Shown piece after piece: positions 38,203 through 47,604 of a DNA stretch of 50,163 nt. Source of the DNA: Dehalococcoidia bacterium (GTDB lineage Bacteria > Chloroflexota > Dehalococcoidia > DSTF01 > JACRBR01); assembly GCA_041494685.1 (NCBI GenBank), contig JBGQBE010000021.1, positions 1 through 50,163 on the forward strand, read 5' to 3'. The position numbers were made by a program, and so were the translations under genes. The first letter of the stretch is position 1, and each line of letters opens with the position of its first letter. Under the pieces are notes generated by a model, which was not told the origin of the DNA, did no database searches, and worked only from the letters and a program-made list of their open reading frames with translations.

Positions 38203-39243
38203 ATGCTCGCCAACAAACCCAAACGTCCCGCGCTCATGGCGTCCGTGATATGGAGCCGCTGGGCGTTCGAGATCGTCCTCGCCGCGGCACTTCTCACAGT
38301 GGCGCTCGCGCGCGTCGACCTCCGCGACGTCGGGACGTCGTTCGCGAACGCCCAGTACGGCTGGGCGCTCCTTGCGGCGCTGATCTACGCGCTGTCGCGC
38401 GTCGTGCACTCGATCCACTGGCAGTTCTATCTCAAGAAGGTCGGCCGCGTGCCGCTCGCCAGCCTGGTGGGGACGTTCCTGATCGGCAACTTCGTCGACA
38501 ACGTCCTCCCCGCGCGGATCGGCGAGATCGCTCGCCTGCAGATCGTGGCCAATCGCTACGGCCTGTCCAGGGCAGGGATCGTCGCCGGGCGGGCGACCGA
38601 AGTGCTCGTGGACGGCATCGCCATGGCCATCCTGCTCATCATTGCGATCGCGCTTCTGCCCTCAGCCATCGCGCCTGCCGGCCTCCTCTGGATCGTGGCA
38701 AGCGTGGCTGCGGGCGCGTTCGTCGCGCTGGCGCTGCTGAGCCGCATGCTCCCGGCAGATCTGGCGGACTGGCCGATGCTGGAGTGGTGTCCGGCGCGAT
38801 TGAGAAGCGCCGTCACCGGCGGATGGCCCGCGTTCCGGGACGGACTGGAGGCGCTGCGTAACACCCGCCTGCTCGCCGTCGTGCTCGGACTCACAGCAAT
38901 CGGCTACACGATGGAGACCGTCATGTTCTGGACGTTCGGGCTGGCGTTCCACCTGGGGCTTCCGCTGCCCTCGTACATCGGCGTCGTCGTAGCTGTCGGC
39001 GTCGTCCGCACGGTGCCCATCACCTTCCAGAACATCGGTACGTACGAAGTCGTGCTGGTCGCCGTGTTGTCTCACGAAGGCGCGACGAGCGACGCCGCGT
39101 TCGCCTACGCAGTCGCGACGCGCGTCTTCGTCAGCCTCTTCATCACGACGATGGGCCTGCTGGCGATGTGGATGATGCGCGTTCGCCCCCACGACCTGTT
39201 CGCGCTGCGACGGGGGAAGGGCGAGCCGACGCCGACGCCGTGA
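38203..39243 (+). CDS. Lysylphosphatidylglycerol-synthase TM / flippase-like membrane protein (UPF0104)
   Basis: Multiple TM helices; NVLPARIGEIAR; PITFQNIGTYE. Confidence 0.85.
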   Translation: MLANKPKRPALMASVIWSRWAFEIVLAAALLTVALARVDLRDVGTSFANAQYGWALLAALIYALSRVVHSIHWQFYLKKVGRVPLASLVGTFLIGNFVDNVLPARIGEIARLQIVANRYGLSRAGIVAGRATEVLVDGIAMAILLIIAIALLPSAIAPAGLLWIVASVAAGAFVALALLSRMLPADLADWPMLEWCPARLRSAVTGGWPAFRDGLEALRNTRLLAVVLGLTAIGYTMETVMFWTFGLAFHLGLPLPSYIGVVVAVGVVRTVPITFQNIGTYEVVLVAVLSHEGATSDAAFAYAVATRVFVSLFITTMGLLAMWMMRVRPHDLFALRRGKGEPTPTP

Positions 39244-39305
39244 GGCCGGCGACGGACGAGCGCGCGTGTGGGCGCCCGGACACCACGCCAGGTTGTGGGC
39301 TGATA

Positions 39306-39581
39306 CTAGTAGCGAACGGCCTCGGATTCCTCGATGATCGCCGGTTCCGTCTTGTCCGAAAAGCGGGCGAGGATGCCCGAGGCGAGCAGGCGCGCGCGGC
39401 CCTCTTTGGCGTCGTCGGACGAGGCGAACTCCACCAGGATGAACACCACGCCCGGGTCGTCCACGCTCCGAAAGATCCTGTGCCCCAAGGCTGATCGCCT
39501 TGCGCCGGGAGCATCCTCGTCGAACATCGGCTTCCATGCGTCGTAGTCGCCGACGTTAAGGCGGGTCACGAAGAATGCCAT
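39306..39581 (-). CDS. Small ferredoxin-like (ABM/cyclase-like) hypothetical protein
   Basis: VGDYDAWKPMFD...RIFRSVDDP...EF pattern; GGAGG SD. Confidence 0.75.
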   Translation of the reverse strand: MAFFVTRLNVGDYDAWKPMFDEDAPGARRSALGHRIFRSVDDPGVVFILVEFASSDDAKEGRARLLASGILARFSDKTEPAIIEESEAVRY

Positions 39582-39734
39582 CGAATGATCCTCCATCTAG
39601 CGGGGTGTGTCAGTTTGGCTTGGCGTTGCATCAGCTTCAGTCGCCGATCAGGACATGGCGAACCGCTGTAGAGCCGTTTGCCAGGCGCTAGGGTAGCTGA
39701 GTGGCGGAAGATGTGCACGTCCGCCGGCGCGTCT

Positions 39735-40532
39735 CTACGTTGCTGGCTTCGTCGCCACGACCAGGACCCGGCGTCGATACGGCTCGTGCTCCAGCGTCAT
39801 CGACATCTCCATGAACAGCGCGCCGACGGCTGCTGCGCCCATTTCCTGCGTGAGCGGTTCCCTTGCGTCGAGCAGCGCGGAGTAGGTGGTGGTCATCGGT
39901 TCCGGCCAGCCGGGAGCCTCCTCATAGCGCTCAACGCTCAACCCCGCCGCCGCCAGCGCCAGCCGGTAGTCGGAGACGGGGTCCACTCCCAGGATCGGCA
40001 GCTTGCCTGCCCGCTCAGGATCAAGTTCATAGGCCGTGAAGACGAACCGTCCCCCCGGACGCAAAATACGCGCCGCCTCGGCCATCGCAGCGTGCTTGTC
40101 GGGCGCGTACTGCAGCGCATCTTCACTCATCACGCCATCGGCCGAAGCGGATTCCAATCCCGTACCGGCGAACGACCCGACGACGAAGCGCGCGCGGCCG
40201 GCCAGTCCGACTTCCTCCGCTCGGACGCCCGCGCACTCAATGGCTGCGGACGAAACATCGACGCCGGTGAGGCGCGCCTGCGTTTCACGCGCCATCCAGA
40301 GCGCCGGGCCGGCCGTGCCGCAGCCCAGATCGACCAGCGTGCCGCCGGGACGGAGACGGAGCTCGACGGTCATGCGCCTCAGTTCCGGAAGGGTTGTAAA
40401 ACTGATGTGGCCAAACTGCTCCGGGAAATCGAGGCCCGCTGCCAGCTCATGCCATAGCCGGCGCAGCGTGGGACTCTTCGTCACGCCGCGATGCACCGCG
40501 TCATAACCAGCGGCGACGATGTCTTGTTGCAT
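39735..40532 (-). CDS. Class I SAM-dependent methyltransferase
   Basis: [32 protein letters not shown]. Confidence 0.9.
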   Translation of the reverse strand: MQQDIVAAGYDAVHRGVTKSPTLRRLWHELAAGLDFPEQFGHISFTTLPELRRMTVELRLRPGGTLVDLGCGTAGPALWMARETQARLTGVDVSSAAIECAGVRAEEVGLAGRARFVVGSFAGTGLESASADGVMSEDALQYAPDKHAAMAEAARILRPGGRFVFTAYELDPERAGKLPILGVDPVSDYRLALAAAGLSVERYEEAPGWPEPMTTTYSALLDAREPLTQEMGAAAVGALFMEMSMTLEHEPYRRRVLVVATKPAT

Positions 40533-40580
40533 GCCGGTCCTCCTGTAACGCGCTCCGGGGTTCCGCCAACAATCGCATTC

Positions 40581-41357
40581 TCAGCGTGGCGCGACATCCG
40601 CTTCCGCACAACTGCCAGAAGCGCCGATTTCGCCGTAGACACCCCGGTACGCGGCCGGCAGCAACGCCGCAAGCCGCCGCATGATCACGTCAGTGCCTTC
40701 CTTCAGGGTCGCCGTATCCAGGCGCTCTACCGGCGGCAGCCGGAACGGCTCACCGAAACGCACGGTGATCTTCGGTCCGAGGAGCGGGCGCAGGAGCGTC
40801 CCCGGCCACGACACCCGCTCCGTCCCCATGATAGCGACCGGGACGACCGCACATCCGGACCGGTACGCGAGCAGCGCCGCGCCGGACGACGCCGGAAGCA
40901 GGCCCGGGGTGCGGCTTCGTTCGCCCTCCGGGAAGACGACGACCGCGCCGCCGCCTCGGAGGGCCCGTAGCGTCGTGCGCGTCACCTCGAGCGCCGGCCC
41001 GTCGTCGCGCACCGGCAGGGCCCCGATCAGCCGCGCCAGCAGGCCGACCACCGGCCACGAGAACAGCTTGCGCATCGCGAGGAAGATCGACCGGCGCGGC
41101 ACGACCGCCAGCAGGAGCCAGGGGTCGGCAAAGTCGATGTGGTTCGAGACGATGAGCACCCCTTCGCCGCGCGGGACGCCCTGCGCGTTCAGTACCCTCA
41201 GACGCGGGAAGTACAGGTACGCCGCAAGGCGGGCGCCAAACGCGATGCCCGCATAGGCGAACGGCGTAAACCGGGACTCCGAAGGGGACTGGCTCCTCAT
41301 CACGGCCCAGTCTACGGCACGACCGGGCCAGCCAAAGAGACCCCGGATGAAGGCCAA
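40581..41357 (-). CDS. plsC: 1-acyl-sn-glycerol-3-phosphate acyltransferase (PlsC family)
   Basis: NHIDFAD (HX4D), FPEGERS, VPVAIMG; TTG start uncertain. Confidence 0.85.
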   Translation of the reverse strand: MAFIRGLFGWPGRAVDWAVMRSQSPSESRFTPFAYAGIAFGARLAAYLYFPRLRVLNAQGVPRGEGVLIVSNHIDFADPWLLLAVVPRRSIFLAMRKLFSWPVVGLLARLIGALPVRDDGPALEVTRTTLRALRGGGAVVVFPEGERSRTPGLLPASSGAALLAYRSGCAVVPVAIMGTERVSWPGTLLRPLLGPKITVRFGEPFRLPPVERLDTATLKEGTDVIMRRLAALLPAAYRGVYGEIGASGSCAEADVAPR

Positions 41358-41440
41358 TCGGCAATTCCCCGGACGATACCCCTCCCTCGAAGATAGAATC
41401 GGTTCATACGCGTCGCCGAAGCAAGGAAGGAGCTCAAGTG

Positions 41441-42772
41441 ATGTCGCGTACGTTGAAGTTACTGCCAGCCATGATGGCGCTTATCGTATTGGCGGCCCTG
41501 GCCACCGGCTGCGGAGGGGGAGGTGGGACGGCGACCGCCACGCCAGGGCGCACTGTCACGGCGGCCGCCGGGGGCACCGCGACTCCCGCGGCGCTTTCCG
41601 GGAAGCTGGAGATCTTTAGTTGGTGGACGACCGGCGGCGAGGCCGCGGGCCTCAAGGCGCTGTACGACCTCTACCCGACGGCCTGTCCGGGCACCGTCGA
41701 GATCGTGAACGCGACCGTCGCCGGTGGCGGCGGCGCGAACGCTCGGCAGGTACTCACCACCCGCATGCTGGGTAACGATCCTCCCGGCTCGTTCCAGGTG
41801 CACATGGGCCACGAACTGACGGACACCTGGGTGACGGCGAACTACATGGAACCGCTCGACTCCCTGTTCACCCAGCAGGGTTGGAACAGCGTCTTCCCGA
41901 AGGGCGTGCTCGATATCGTCTCGTACCAGGGCAAGCCCTACTCCGTGCCGGTGAACATTCACCGAGCGAACGTGCTCTGGTACAACAAGGCGGTGTTCCA
42001 GGCGAACGGGCTGCAGCCACCGACGACCTTCGATGACTTCTTCGCCGCCGCCGACGCCCTGAAGGCCAAGGGGATCACGCCGCTCGCCCTGGGCGACGTC
42101 GATGCATTCGCTTCGGTGCAGTTGATGGAAACCGTGTTGCTGGGCTCGCTGGGCGCTGACGGGTACAACGGTCTGTGGACCGGTGCAACGGACTGGAACA
42201 GCGCGAAGGTGACCGATGCGCTGAACACGTTCAAGAAGATGCTCGGCTACGTCAACAGCGACCACAGCTCGCTCTCGTGGGACCAGGCCAACGACCTCGT
42301 GATCAGCGGGAAGGCCGCGATGACGATCATGGGTGACTGGCTGCACGCCGACAACAAGGCGAAGAAGTTCACCGACTCCGGCTGGGTTCCCTCGCCGGGG
42401 ACGAGCGGGATGTACGACGCGCTGTCTGACACCTTCGGCCTGCCGAAGAGCGCGCCGAACCGCGACGCGGTCGTCTGCTGGCTGAAGGTCGTCGGATCGA
42501 AGAAGGGCCAGGAGGCCTTTAACCCCCTCAAGGGCTCCATCTGCGCGCGCACCGACTGCGACGCCAGCCTCTTCGATGACTATCTGCAGTCCGCGATGAA
42601 CGACTGGAAGAAGGACACCATCGTCCCGAGCCTCGCTCACGGAGCGGCGGTGAAGCAGGGGTGGCTCACGAATGTGAGCGACGCAGTCACTGCGTTCGTA
42701 GCAGACAAGAACGCAGGGACCTTACAGAGCCGGCTGGCCGACGCCTGTAAGAGCGCTACCGTCTGCAAGTAG
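41441..42772 (+). CDS. Sugar (glucose/mannose-type) ABC solute-binding lipoprotein
   Basis: Lipobox LATGC; FSWWTTGGE, VPVNIHRAN, IMGDW, FNPLKGSI, PSLAHG; -10 TAGAAT at 41394. Confidence 0.88.
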   Translation: MSRTLKLLPAMMALIVLAALATGCGGGGGTATATPGRTVTAAAGGTATPAALSGKLEIFSWWTTGGEAAGLKALYDLYPTACPGTVEIVNATVAGGGGANARQVLTTRMLGNDPPGSFQVHMGHELTDTWVTANYMEPLDSLFTQQGWNSVFPKGVLDIVSYQGKPYSVPVNIHRANVLWYNKAVFQANGLQPPTTFDDFFAAADALKAKGITPLALGDVDAFASVQLMETVLLGSLGADGYNGLWTGATDWNSAKVTDALNTFKKMLGYVNSDHSSLSWDQANDLVISGKAAMTIMGDWLHADNKAKKFTDSGWVPSPGTSGMYDALSDTFGLPKSAPNRDAVVCWLKVVGSKKGQEAFNPLKGSICARTDCDASLFDDYLQSAMNDWKKDTIVPSLAHGAAVKQGWLTNVSDAVTAFVADKNAGTLQSRLADACKSATVCK

Positions 42773-42777
42773 TCCGG

Positions 42778-43794
42778 GTGAAACGGGACGCTATGAACGT
42801 GGGCATCCGTGGCCGCCGCCTGCTCCGCCTCGCTACGAGTGAGCAGGCGGCGGCCATCGCCTTGATTATCCCTTCGCTCCTCGCCGTCGGCGTCTTCGTC
42901 TACGGCTTCATCGGCTGGAGCGCGTTCGTCTCAGTCAGTCGGTGGGATTCGGTGCGGCCGGACTACACCTTCGTCGGCCTGGACAACTTCCGCGATCTCT
43001 TCGAGAACTTCCGTTTTCAGATCGACATCCGGAACACGGTCGTGTTCACGGTGCTCTTCGTCGTGGCCTGCCTCACGCTCGGCTTTGTCCTCGCGTCACT
43101 GCTCGACCGCCGCATCGTCGGGGAGAGCGTCTTCCGGAGCATCTACCTGTTCCCGATGGCCGTGTCCTTCATCGTGACCGGCGTCGTGTGGCGCTGGTTG
43201 CTGGCTCCCAGCGCGGGAGTCAACATCTTGCCGACCAAGGTGGGACTGCGCGCGCTGGGGTATGGCTGGTACACGGACCCCTCCGTTACGTACGTCCATT
43301 CCGATTCGCGGCTCGGTGAGGCGTTACACGCGGCCGGGCTCGGATTCCTGGCGAACCCGAACTACGGCGTGCCGCTGGCGATGATCTCCGTCGTCATCGC
43401 GGCCACGTGGCAGATGTCCGGCTTCGTCATGGTCATGTATCTCGCCGGTCTGCGCGCGATCCCGGAGGAGCTGCGCGAGGCAGCGAGAGTAGACGGCGCG
43501 ACCGAGACGCAGGTCCTCCGCCACATCTCCCTGCCGCTCCTCAGGCCCGTGACGCTCAGCGCCATGATCATCCTCGGCCATCAGTCGCTCAAGATCTTCG
43601 ACCTCGTCATATCGATGAGCAGACGGGGGCCCGGCTTCGCGACGGATGTGCCAGCCCTGTTCATGTTCGAGACAACGTTCCAGGGCAACCACTTCTCGCA
43701 CGGCGCGGCGATCTCGATCGTCATGCTGGCGGCCGTGAGCGTCCTGGTGATCCCCTACCTGTACTGGAGTCTGCGACGGGAGGCCCGGCTGTGA
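42778..43794 (+). CDS. Sugar ABC permease
   Basis: TM helices; LAGLRAIPEELREAARVDGA. Alternative start 42793. Confidence 0.9.
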   Translation: MKRDAMNVGIRGRRLLRLATSEQAAAIALIIPSLLAVGVFVYGFIGWSAFVSVSRWDSVRPDYTFVGLDNFRDLFENFRFQIDIRNTVVFTVLFVVACLTLGFVLASLLDRRIVGESVFRSIYLFPMAVSFIVTGVVWRWLLAPSAGVNILPTKVGLRALGYGWYTDPSVTYVHSDSRLGEALHAAGLGFLANPNYGVPLAMISVVIAATWQMSGFVMVMYLAGLRAIPEELREAARVDGATETQVLRHISLPLLRPVTLSAMIILGHQSLKIFDLVISMSRRGPGFATDVPALFMFETTFQGNHFSHGAAISIVMLAAVSVLVIPYLYWSLRREARL

Positions 43795-44612
43795 CTGTCC
43801 ACTGGTCTCGTATCGCCATCTATGCCGTGCTGATCGTCTTCGCAGCCCTCTACCTGATGCCGATCTACGTCCTGCTCGTCACCGGGCTGAAGAGCTTCGG
43901 CGAGGTGAGACTGGACCAGATGTGGGATCTTCCGTCGCGCCTCCGCTTCGACTCGTTCCGCGAGGCGTACAACTCGCTCGACAGCAACCTGGCGAACAGC
44001 TTCAAGATGGTGATCCCGGCCACGCTCATCTCGTGCATGGTTGGCTCGATCAACGGCTATGTGCTGACAAAGTGGCGCTTCCCCGGCTCGAACGTCGTGT
44101 TCTTCCTGCTGCTGTACGGCATGTTCATCCCGTACCAGAGCGTCCTGATCCCGCTGGTCAAGACGCTCCAGGCGCTGCACGTCTACGGAAGCCTCTGGGG
44201 TCTCGTAGTTACGCACGTGATCTACGGCATCCCGATCACAACACTCATTTTCCGCAACTACTACGCGAACGTCCCGACGGAACTCGTGGAGGCGGCCAAG
44301 ATTGACGGCGCGTCTATCTTCGGCATCTACCGGCGGATCGTCTTCCCGCTCTCGCTCCCGGGCTTCGTCGTCGTCGCGATCTGGCAATTCACGTCGATTT
44401 GGAACGACTTCTTGTTCGCCGTCACGGTGACCAGCAACCCCGCGATCCAGCCTGCTACCGTCGCGCTGAACAACATGGCGGGGAGCTTCATCGTCGAATG
44501 GAACGTGCAGATGGCGGGCGCCCTCATCACGGCGCTGCCGACGCTAGTGGTGTACATCCTCCTTGGGCGATTCTTCGTCCGTGGACTGATGGCGGGCGCG
44601 CTGAGCAGCTAG
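43791..44612 (+). CDS. Sugar ABC permease
   Basis: GTGA overlap; ELVEAAKIDGA, WNDFLFA. Confidence 0.9.
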   Translation: MTVHWSRIAIYAVLIVFAALYLMPIYVLLVTGLKSFGEVRLDQMWDLPSRLRFDSFREAYNSLDSNLANSFKMVIPATLISCMVGSINGYVLTKWRFPGSNVVFFLLLYGMFIPYQSVLIPLVKTLQALHVYGSLWGLVVTHVIYGIPITTLIFRNYYANVPTELVEAAKIDGASIFGIYRRIVFPLSLPGFVVVAIWQFTSIWNDFLFAVTVTSNPAIQPATVALNNMAGSFIVEWNVQMAGALITALPTLVVYILLGRFFVRGLMAGALSS

Positions 44613-44627
44613 GCCAAGAGAGGATCC

Positions 44628-45770
44628 ATGGCGAGAGTCGTCTACGAACACGTCACCAAGCGCTTCGGCGACGTCACCGCGGTGAACGACCTGAGTCTGG
44701 AGATTGAGGACAAGGAGTTCCTCGTGCTGGTCGGACCCTCCGGCTGCGGCAAGTCGACCGTGATTCGACTGCTCGCCGGACTGGAACCGCTCACAACCGG
44801 CAACATCTACATCGGCGACCGGCTCGTGAACGACCTCCCCGCCAGGGACCGCGATATCGCCATGGTGTTCCAGTCGTACGCGCTGTACCCCCACATGTCG
44901 GTCTTCGACAACATGGCGTTCGGGCTGCGCATGCGGGGCACGCCGAAGGACGAGACCCGTCGCCGCGTGCTCGAAGCAGCCCAGGCTTTGGAGATCGAGA
45001 GCCTGCTCAAGCGCCGGCCCGCTCAGCTGTCGGGCGGCCAGCGGCAGCGCGTGGCGCTCGGGCGCGCGATCGTGCGCGAACCACTCGTCTTCTTGTTCGA
45101 TGAGCCGCTTTCGAATCTCGATGCCAAGCTCCGGGTCCAGACCCGCGCCGAACTCACCAAGCTCCACGGCAGGCTCCAGACGACGTTCATCTACGTGACC
45201 CATGACCAGGTAGAAGCGATGACCATGGCGACCCGGATCGCCGTCCTGAAGGACGGCCTGCTGCACCAGGTGGGCACGCCCGAAGAGTTGTACTTCCGGC
45301 CGGACAACATCTTCGTGGCCAGCTTCATCGGCAGCCCTGCCATGAACTTCGTACCGGGCACGCTCACGGGCACGGCCGAGGAGATGACGCTCGATGCGGG
45401 CGCGTGGCACATCGCGCTTCCGGCGAGCCGGTCACGGCAGCTCGCACCGTTCACGAATAGCGAGGTCGTCGTCGGCATCCGGCCTGAGGACATCCACGAT
45501 CCTGACTTCCTCCCGGCTCGCGTCAGGGGATGCGCGATCCAGGCCCGCGTGGATGTCACCGAGATGATGGGCAACGAGAAGTTCCTGCACCTCGTGAGCG
45601 GCACCGAGAAGGTGCTGGCGCGCGTCGATCCGCGTACCAGGGCGAGAGCCGGGCAAGACATCAAGTTGATGCTCGATATTGACCACCTCCACGTGTTTGA
45701 CCCGAAGACGGAAGCCGCCATCGCCAAGATCGAGATCCCCGAGGAGCTGCGCGAGCCGCCTTCAGCGTGA
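44628..45770 (+). CDS. Sugar ABC ATP-binding subunit (MalK/MsmX family)
   Basis: GPSGCGKS, LSGGQRQ, DEPLSNLD; GAGGA SD. Confidence 0.93.
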   Translation: MARVVYEHVTKRFGDVTAVNDLSLEIEDKEFLVLVGPSGCGKSTVIRLLAGLEPLTTGNIYIGDRLVNDLPARDRDIAMVFQSYALYPHMSVFDNMAFGLRMRGTPKDETRRRVLEAAQALEIESLLKRRPAQLSGGQRQRVALGRAIVREPLVFLFDEPLSNLDAKLRVQTRAELTKLHGRLQTTFIYVTHDQVEAMTMATRIAVLKDGLLHQVGTPEELYFRPDNIFVASFIGSPAMNFVPGTLTGTAEEMTLDAGAWHIALPASRSRQLAPFTNSEVVVGIRPEDIHDPDFLPARVRGCAIQARVDVTEMMGNEKFLHLVSGTEKVLARVDPRTRARAGQDIKLMLDIDHLHVFDPKTEAAIAKIEIPEELREPPSA

Positions 45771-45822
45771 AGGCGAGCTGAGCCCCGCACACCGGTTGCT
45801 GTCGTCCCGGCGAAGAAGCCCG

Positions 45823-45908
45823 CGGCCGTCTGGCACCCGGAGAGTCGGGACATCCTCGCGGGTCGCCGAATCGGGCGCTTGTCGCCGCGGCATGCGCTCG
45901 ACGATAAT
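45823..45908 (+). promoter_or_regulatory. Formate dehydrogenase promoter TTGTCG-18-GATAAT with upstream box CGGCCGTCTGGCAC
   Basis: -35 at 45879, -10 at 45903; box at 45823 and a weaker one at 45863. Confidence 0.4.
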
Positions 45909-45936
45909 CGAACGCAGCGACACCTACGGAGCACTG

Positions 45937-47604
45937 ATGAACCCGAACGATCTCGACCAACTGCTCGCTCCGTTCCCTCGGCGACGCCGCGAGCTGCTGC
46001 CCGTCCTCATCGCGATCCAGGAACACGCGGGCTACCTCTCCGAGGCGGCACTCGCGGCGGCGGCGCATCACCTGCACGTTCCACAGAGCGAGGTCTTCGG
46101 CGTCGCGACGAGCTACAGCGAATTGCGGCTGACGCCGCCGGGCGGTGAGCCGGTCACCGTCTGCACGGGCCTCAGCTGCCTGTTGAACGGCGCCCGCCGA
46201 CTCGCTGATTCGCTGGCGTCAGACCTGCCCGCAGGATGGATCGTGGAGGAGCACTCCTGCCGCTTTCGCTGCGACGAGGCGCCCGTGGCCCATGTGCGAG
46301 GGCAATACGTGGCTACCGCCTCGCGTGAGTCAGCGCTCGCCGCGATCGGCGATCGCGCGACGCCGCCGATACGCGAGCGCACCACGCCGGGCCCGCGCCC
46401 CGGCGAGACGCGCAGGCTGCTCGGACGCTGTGGCGTCATCGATCCGGAGAACATCGACGACGCGCTAGGGCGCGGCGCCTACGACGGGCTGCGCCGCGCG
46501 GAGGACATCGAACCAAGCACTATCGTGCGACTCGTCGAGGACGCGCGTCTGCTCGGCCGCGGCGGCGCGTACTTCCCCGCCGCTCTCAAGTGGAAGACCG
46601 CGATCGGGCACGCGGCACCGCGATATCTGGTCGTGAACGCGGAGGAAGGCGAACCGGGCGTCTTCAAGGACCGGTACTTGATCGAACGCGATCCGCACCT
46701 CGTCGTCGAAGGCGTCTTCATCGCGGCCCGCGCGGTCGAAGCCGCGGCCGTCTACATCTACATCAACGGCGAGGCTCGCCTCGCCGCGGCGCGGCTCCAG
46801 TCGGCGCTCGATACGGCACGCTCCCGCGGCCTGCTCGGCGAGCAGGCGCCCCCGGTCGAGATCCGGCGCGGCGCCGGCGGCTACGTGTGCGGCGAAGAGT
46901 CCGTGATCCTCTCGAGCATCGAAGGCGACCGCGCCGTGCCGAGGCTGCGTCCGCCGCTCCCCGTGGAATCCGGACTCTGGGGCCGGCCCACGGTGATCAA
47001 CAACGTGGAGACGCTCTGCAACCTGCCGTTCATCCTGCGGGACGGGCCGGAAGCCTTCCGCACCGTCGGGACGCCCGAGCATCCGGGCACCAAGATCGTG
47101 TGCGTCTCGGGCGCCGTCCGCGACCCCGGCGTGTACGAAGTGCCCTTCGGCACGACGCTCCGCCACGTGATCGAGGTCATCGCCGACGGCGCGGCGGACG
47201 GACGCACGCTGCGCGCCGCGCTGTGCGGCGGCCCCTCCGGCACGCTGCTTCCGCCGTCTCTGTGGGAGGCGCCGCTCGCGCCGGGCCGGCTCGACAGCAG
47301 CGGCGCCTCGCCGGGCGCCGGTGGCATCGTCGTGATCGATGGCGCCATGTCGATGCGTGAGGTCGTGCGCCATCTCACCGCCTACAACGCCGCCGAATCG
47401 TGCGGCAAGTGCACGCCCTGCCGCGAAGGCACAGCCCGCATGCGCGACCTCCTTGCTGATCCGTCTCCCGATGCCGCCGCCCGCCTCGACGAACTCGCGG
47501 AAGCCGTCGGCGCGGCCTCGCTCTGCGGGCTCGGACAGATGGCGCCGCTGCCGTATCTCAGCGCGCAACGCCACTTCGGCGACGAATGGCTGGCGCAGCC
47601 ATGA
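45937..47604 (+). CDS. Fused NuoE-NuoF-like diaphorase subunit of NAD-dependent formate dehydrogenase
   Basis: [2Fe-2S] CTGLSC...CRFRC; GRGGAYFP, NAEEGEPG, YVCGEES; [4Fe-4S] CGKCTPCREG...CGLG. Confidence 0.9.
   Translation: MNPNDLDQLLAPFPRRRRELLPVLIAIQEHAGYLSEAALAAAAHHLHVPQSEVFGVATSYSELRLTPPGGEPVTVCTGLSCLLNGARRLADSLASDLPAGWIVEEHSCRFRCDEAPVAHVRGQYVATASRESALAAIGDRATPPIRERTTPGPRPGETRRLLGRCGVIDPENIDDALGRGAYDGLRRAEDIEPSTIVRLVEDARLLGRGGAYFPAALKWKTAIGHAAPRYLVVNAEEGEPGVFKDRYLIERDPHLVVEGVFIAARAVEAAAVYIYINGEARLAAARLQSALDTARSRGLLGEQAPPVEIRRGAGGYVCGEESVILSSIEGDRAVPRLRPPLPVESGLWGRPTVINNVETLCNLPFILRDGPEAFRTVGTPEHPGTKIVCVSGAVRDPGVYEVPFGTTLRHVIEVIADGAADGRTLRAALCGGPSGTLLPPSLWEAPLAPGRLDSSGASPGAGGIVVIDGAMSMREVVRHLTAYNAAESCGKCTPCREGTARMRDLLADPSPDAAARLDELAEAVGAASLCGLGQMAPLPYLSAQRHFGDEWLAQP

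Noticed and set aside
39601..39617. CGGGGTGTGTCAGTTTG, vaguely like a mobile-element end
   Set aside because: Single copy; I saw no partner repeat, target duplication or recombinase in the window.
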